Shown here: piece after piece, positions 7,196 to 10,717 of the stretch | How positions within the stretch are numbered: position 1 is the stretch's first letter | Layout of the letters: every line of letters starts with the position of its first letter | Assembly (NCBI GenBank): GCA_051382335.1 | Contig: JBBCAX010000125.1 | Span: 1 to 10,717 of the forward strand | Length of the DNA stretch: 10,717 nucleotides | Source: Deltaproteobacteria bacterium TL4 | GTDB lineage: Bacteria > SAR324 > NAC60-12 | Reading direction: 5' to 3' | Notes under the pieces: generated by a model | Told to the model about the DNA's origin: nothing | Database searches by the model: none | The model's input: the letters and a program-made list of their open reading frames with translations, nothing else | Made by a program: the position numbers and the translations under genes

Positions 7196-8373
7196 TATTT
7201 TTTCATCTGAGCTACTGCCGCTTTTTGCATGAACGCTGTAGCTTCCTGGGCGCTGGCATTGCCTGCCATGAAACGTTGAAATCCTTTACGCATTCCTTCC
7301 CAGGCAAAGGCCATTTCCGGATCGCTGGGCATTGCGCGTGCCACGGCCAGTTGTTCAAACATTTGCTGCTGGTTAAAGTCTGCTTGTTTTTTGAACTCAG
7401 TCAACACTTCCTGATGGACAGGAATGCGACCGGTTTTTTGATACCAACGCTGTTGGACGTTTTTACTTTGCATGAAGGTAATCAGTTTTTCCAAAAGGGC
7501 TCGTTGATGGCCTTGGAGGGATTGCCCCGGAAAGATCAAAGCATGGGTAGAAAACATGGGTGTGACTCGTTTATCGCCTAAGGAGGGGATCAAGGAGACG
7601 CCAAAATTCGCTCCAAGCGCTTTTTGCGCTTCGGCATAGGCCCATTCGCCGTTCAAGGCATAAGCGAATTCTTCCTGATAAAAGCGTTTTGAGTTACAGT
7701 CGTAATTGCAATCACCAGGAACCAAACCTTGATCCACAAACGATTTATACGCTATCAACGCGTTTTGTACCGCAGGCGTATCCAGGGTCAGCTTCCCTTG
7801 TTCCACAGGCCATCCTCCGAAGGCGCCAATAAATCCCGCGAACCAATACATTTCACCATAATTCCAGCCAACAGGTTTCACTTTCTGTTTTTCCAGAACG
7901 TCTTTTTGAGCAAGCAGTTCTTCCCAGGTTGTTACTGGAGTTTTAACAAACTTTTTATTGTAGAACAGCATCAGATGATTCCCTCCCAGAATGGGAACAC
8001 CGTACATTTTATCACGGATGCTCACGGTAGCATACGTTTGCTTGTCAATCTGAGAATTTTTAAGAGTTGAGGGGATTTCTGATAAACCCATTTGAGCATA
8101 AAGTCCCAGGTAATCCGAGGGAACTAGGGCCAAGTGCGGCAACTGTTTTTGAAGCGCGCCTTTAATCAAAGAGGTCTTCATATCATCGGTGACAATATGT
8201 TCCAGCTTGACAGAGGTTTGCTGGTCCTGATCAAACTCTTGACAAAGGGTTTCCAGTAACTGTTTGGACGCCCCTTCTTCCCTATGCCAAAAGATGATTG
8301 TTTCTTTTGCATACAGGTTGAATGCTGAAAACAACGTGTATCCAAGCATCAATATATACTTAAATTTTTTCAT
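7195..8373 (-). CDS. Periplasmic sugar-binding protein, MalE/maltodextrin-binding-like (SBP family 1)
   Basis: Signal peptide MKKFKYILMLGYTLFSAFNLYA. Segments IIFWH, MYGVPILGGNHLMLFYNKK, EMYWFAGFIGAFGG, LNGEWAY and AMPSDPEMAFAW parallel MalE motifs (EPYFTWPLIAADGG, INGPWAW, IMPNIPQMSAFW). Its stop TAA overlaps the cyclase ATG (TAATG at 7197-7193). Confidence 0.9.
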   Translation of the reverse strand: MKKFKYILMLGYTLFSAFNLYAKETIIFWHREEGASKQLLETLCQEFDQDQQTSVKLEHIVTDDMKTSLIKGALQKQLPHLALVPSDYLGLYAQMGLSEIPSTLKNSQIDKQTYATVSIRDKMYGVPILGGNHLMLFYNKKFVKTPVTTWEELLAQKDVLEKQKVKPVGWNYGEMYWFAGFIGAFGGWPVEQGKLTLDTPAVQNALIAYKSFVDQGLVPGDCNYDCNSKRFYQEEFAYALNGEWAYAEAQKALGANFGVSLIPSLGDKRVTPMFSTHALIFPGQSLQGHQRALLEKLITFMQSKNVQQRWYQKTGRIPVHQEVLTEFKKQADFNQQQMFEQLAVARAMPSDPEMAFAWEGMRKGFQRFMAGNASAQEATAFMQKAAVAQMKK

Positions 8374-8448
8374 AAGTTCCCTTCCTTCAATAAGCGCTAT
8401 TCCGTGAGGAGTTTGTTCTGTTCTGTTTTCAAGCGAGGAGCCTCAAGG

Positions 8449-9768
8449 TTAAAACCATATTTCTGTTTGAAAACCATAAGACGTGCCACTGGTCTCTGAA
8501 GCATAAGGCGCCTCCCCCACACGATTCTTATTGGCGTCATTCCACATCGCAGTAGTCAGGAAAAACCGCAGCACCGGGCGATTCCAGAAGCCCCGTCCCG
8601 TAGTAAGTTGTGGCGCCAGGGTGACCTTGGTTAAGGTACGTGCGCCTACTTTTTGGCCCTCCGATGTTTGCTCTGCCTGACTGTCTACGGTGGAGGTTCC
8701 AGCTTCCAGAGCAAGATTCCAATGATCCGTAAAATAATAGATGGGCCGAATCCCTACGCTGGTCCAGGTCTCTTGGGCATCTTGCTCAGAGCCATTGTCT
8801 TTGTTTTGATACACAAACACGCCATGAAAAGTCCAGGTTGAACCAAAATTGAGCGTCAACATATCAGTTACCCTGAAGATTGAGGCGTTGTTTTGTTCCT
8901 CTTTGGCTTGTTGGGTTGAAGGGGGATTGACATATAAGTTCAAATCCTTCAATAAACCGGCCCCATATTGTAGGGAAAAGTTGTTGGAACCCAGGCTCAG
9001 ATCCTGATCATACAACACTCCTATCGCATTGCCCTTGGCCGCTTTATAATCAGCAGGGGGCGTTGTTGACGCGGAATCTTCTACTATTTCTTTCCCCCCG
9101 GGAGAAGAGGCAACCGCTAGCCAAAGAGTCCAATGCGCTTGTGGGGTGAGATTCAAATCATACCAACGGAAATCGTAGAGGTTAAGGGACAATTTCCCTG
9201 TATCGGTTTGAGTGTCAGAGGCTTTTCGAATATTAGCCACAGCAAGCTTGCCTATGCCAACATCAAGGTCTTCCAGCCCTGCGCCAGGACCACTCAGATC
9301 CAGATAGTAAAAATCGAGGATATGAAGGTCGCGACGTCCATAGAACCGTTTGCCAATCCAGTATTTGACGCCTTCTTTTCCCACGTTCCCAGCTTCTACA
9401 TAGGCTTCACGAATGGCTACTCCGGTACTTTCCCAATCCTGCGCCTGGGGCACTGAAAACGCGAGGCGTACATGGGATTGGAAGTAAAGTTTGGGGAGCG
9501 TCTCCGCTTGGTAATGTTTTCCGCTGAAAGCCAACTCCCCGTAAGTTTCGCATTCATTGCCCAAACGGAAATTGCCTCCGGCTCCCGGATTTTTAAAGCA
9601 AATTTGTGGTCCCCCTTTGGAATCAGACCCTATGCCAGAACGAAAATACCCCCCATACTCCAGATCCACAGCCTGCAGGGAACTGGCACCTGTGAGGAAG
9701 CAGACAAACCATAAACTTTGAACACAACGCATGAAACAGGGATGGTGATTATTGCGAAAGAATATCAT
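8449..9768 (-). CDS. lamB: Maltoporin / LamB-family carbohydrate-specific outer-membrane porin
   Basis: GYFRSGIG...QICFKNPGAGGNFRLGNECETYGEL, WIGKRFYGRRDLHILDFYYLDLSGPGAG, KVTLAPQL...FWNRPVLRFF and C-terminal YGFQTEIWF all match recalled LamB segments. There is a cleavable signal ending SLQA|VD and an RBS AAGGAG at 9778-9773. Confidence 0.95.
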   Translation of the reverse strand: MIFFRNNHHPCFMRCVQSLWFVCFLTGASSLQAVDLEYGGYFRSGIGSDSKGGPQICFKNPGAGGNFRLGNECETYGELAFSGKHYQAETLPKLYFQSHVRLAFSVPQAQDWESTGVAIREAYVEAGNVGKEGVKYWIGKRFYGRRDLHILDFYYLDLSGPGAGLEDLDVGIGKLAVANIRKASDTQTDTGKLSLNLYDFRWYDLNLTPQAHWTLWLAVASSPGGKEIVEDSASTTPPADYKAAKGNAIGVLYDQDLSLGSNNFSLQYGAGLLKDLNLYVNPPSTQQAKEEQNNASIFRVTDMLTLNFGSTWTFHGVFVYQNKDNGSEQDAQETWTSVGIRPIYYFTDHWNLALEAGTSTVDSQAEQTSEGQKVGARTLTKVTLAPQLTTGRGFWNRPVLRFFLTTAMWNDANKNRVGEAPYASETSGTSYGFQTEIWF

Positions 9769-9774
9769 GACACT

Positions 9775-10012
9775 CCTTAATAATTAAGAATTTTTGTTGC
9801 ATGGAGATAGGGAAAACGGTGACTTCATCAAGAAAAGATATTTATTTCAGACTCCATGAGTTTCCCTAACATATCCGCGGACATAAAGTACAGAAAATTA
9901 ATGTGCCCTGAGCTGGGATGATGAAATTGAAGATCATCCAGTAACTCTTAATTGATCCGTTTTTATTCCCTTATAATTATGGTCATCCGCCTTAATATTA
10001 AGAAGATTTTGT
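9775..10012. repeat. Pair of imperfect 23-bp direct repeats with palindromic cores CTTAAT(A)ATTAAG at 9775-9797 and 9990-10012
   Basis: CCTTAATAATTAAGAA-TTTTTGT versus CCTTAAT-ATTAAGAAGATTTTGT gives 21 aligned identities, two single-base gaps and one mismatch. Confidence 0.7.
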
Positions 10013-10332
10013 ATACCTAACAAACGGACTCCGCCACTCGCTTTGGGAATTTCAACTCGTTTGGACGGTTGAGGAAAATACACCCCCGCCAAAATTTGTT
10101 GTTTAAGATCCTTCCACTTGGGGCGGACAAGAGCGGGAAAGCTCTCCACACTCATGCCGTCGATTCCAGGGGCACCATGATTCGCTTTGACCTGCTTCCA
10201 GGCAGACTGGATGTTCCTCGTTGAGAGAACATCCACTAAGGTACAAAGGGGAAATGAAGACGGTTCGATTATGGGTCGGGAAAGCGCTCCTCCGGTCGGA
10301 TTCAATACGTTCCTCGAACTAATCAAGGTCAT
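9934..10332 (-). pseudogene. ltrA: Truncated group II intron reverse transcriptase/maturase (RT0-RT1 only)
   Basis: VLSTRNIQSAWKQVKANHGAPGIDGMSV...YFPQPSKRVEIPKASGGVRLLGI is the canonical IEP N-terminus. The expected continuation PTVxDR is replaced at ~10011 by 25 unrelated codons and a stop, so there is no YADD and no X domain. SD-like AGAAAGGA precedes ATG 10332. Confidence 0.93.
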
Positions 10333-10717
10333 AGCATTCCTTTCTACGTTCAGCCCTTCACCGTGTCCTGCCCATTACGGCAGGCGTTTGGCACCTACGG
10401 CTTCTGCTGACTTCTGTCCAGTCACCTCGTGAGTTGCTCCATGAGGCGCTGAGTGATTTCAAAACAAGGGGAGTGCTCCGTTTCCGGTCTTCCAGTCTTC
10501 TTTGAAGAACCAGACCGCACGCTGGACAGATCTCCCCAGATAAGAACGTGATCTTTCATGACACTGCCGCCGCGTTTACCCTATCCCCCACACAGGATTT
10601 CATTATGCTTGGCTAACTCATCCCAGGGAAGTGAGCCTTCTATGCGGTTTCTGTTCGTCGGCTCGTCAGTTTGCTCCGGGCTTCCTTCAGACGATCCCTC
10701 ACGGTTTCGCCCTTGCC
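10011..10717 (-). mobile_element. Group II intron fragment, class IIC-like: domain I (5' end beyond window edge), domains II-III and start of domain IV; domains V/VI absent
   Basis: The minus strand reads GGCAAGGGCG...TCTGAAGGAAGC...GCAAA...GACGAACAGAAACCGCATAGAAGGCT...GGATGAGTTAGC...GGTAAACGCGGCG...GAAAGA...TTCTTATCTGGGGAGATCTG (IIC domain I pattern). Domain II closes with CTGTCCAG/CTGGACAG (10414-10421 / 10522-10529). AAGTCAGCAGAAGCCGTAG...GAAGGGCTGAAC (domain III) follows, then the IEP ORF. Confidence 0.92.

Noticed and set aside
2281..9714. Antisense and alternate-frame ORFs inside the ligase, cyclase, SBP and porin genes
   Set aside because: These are shadow ORFs fully or largely overlapping well-supported genes, with no recognisable motifs.
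9769..9933. CRP box or sigma54 promoter upstream of lamB (GGTGA...TCAAG; GGGCAC...TTTTC on - strand)
   Set aside because: Spacing and second half-sites do not fit TGTGA-N6-TCACA or GG-N10-GC.
10187..10432. 81-aa + strand ORF
   Set aside because: It is antisense to conserved intron RNA domains and the IEP start, a common false call on group II introns.

Overview
This is a bacterial window with two converging gene blocks and a broken retroelement. The + strand block has ssb (351-857), preceded by three tandem palindromic 20-21 bp units. It continues with a ~460 nt intergenic region rich in potential RNA helices, a Uma2/DUF820 restriction-endonuclease-like gene with an EEEKQRA heptad tail (1321-2169), and a long-chain acyl-CoA ligase with an extra ~65-aa N-terminus (2237-4003). 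The - strand block is an apparent three-gene operon: a LamB-type maltoporin (9768-8449), a MalE-like sugar-binding protein (8373-7195), and a translationally coupled membrane class III adenylate cyclase with periplasmic domain, HAMP, 2xGAF, catalytic domain and TPR-like tail (7195-4049). The operon has no ABC permease or ATPase, so it reads as a candidate malto-oligosaccharide-to-cAMP sensing module rather than a transporter. Upstream of it lies a group IIC intron fragment (RNA domains I-III plus the first ~107 codons of the RT/maturase). The fragment is cut on its 3' side at ~10011, exactly at an imperfect 23-bp duplicate of the lamB ribosome-binding region. All calls come from reading the sequence and recalled family motifs; no searches or folding programs were run.
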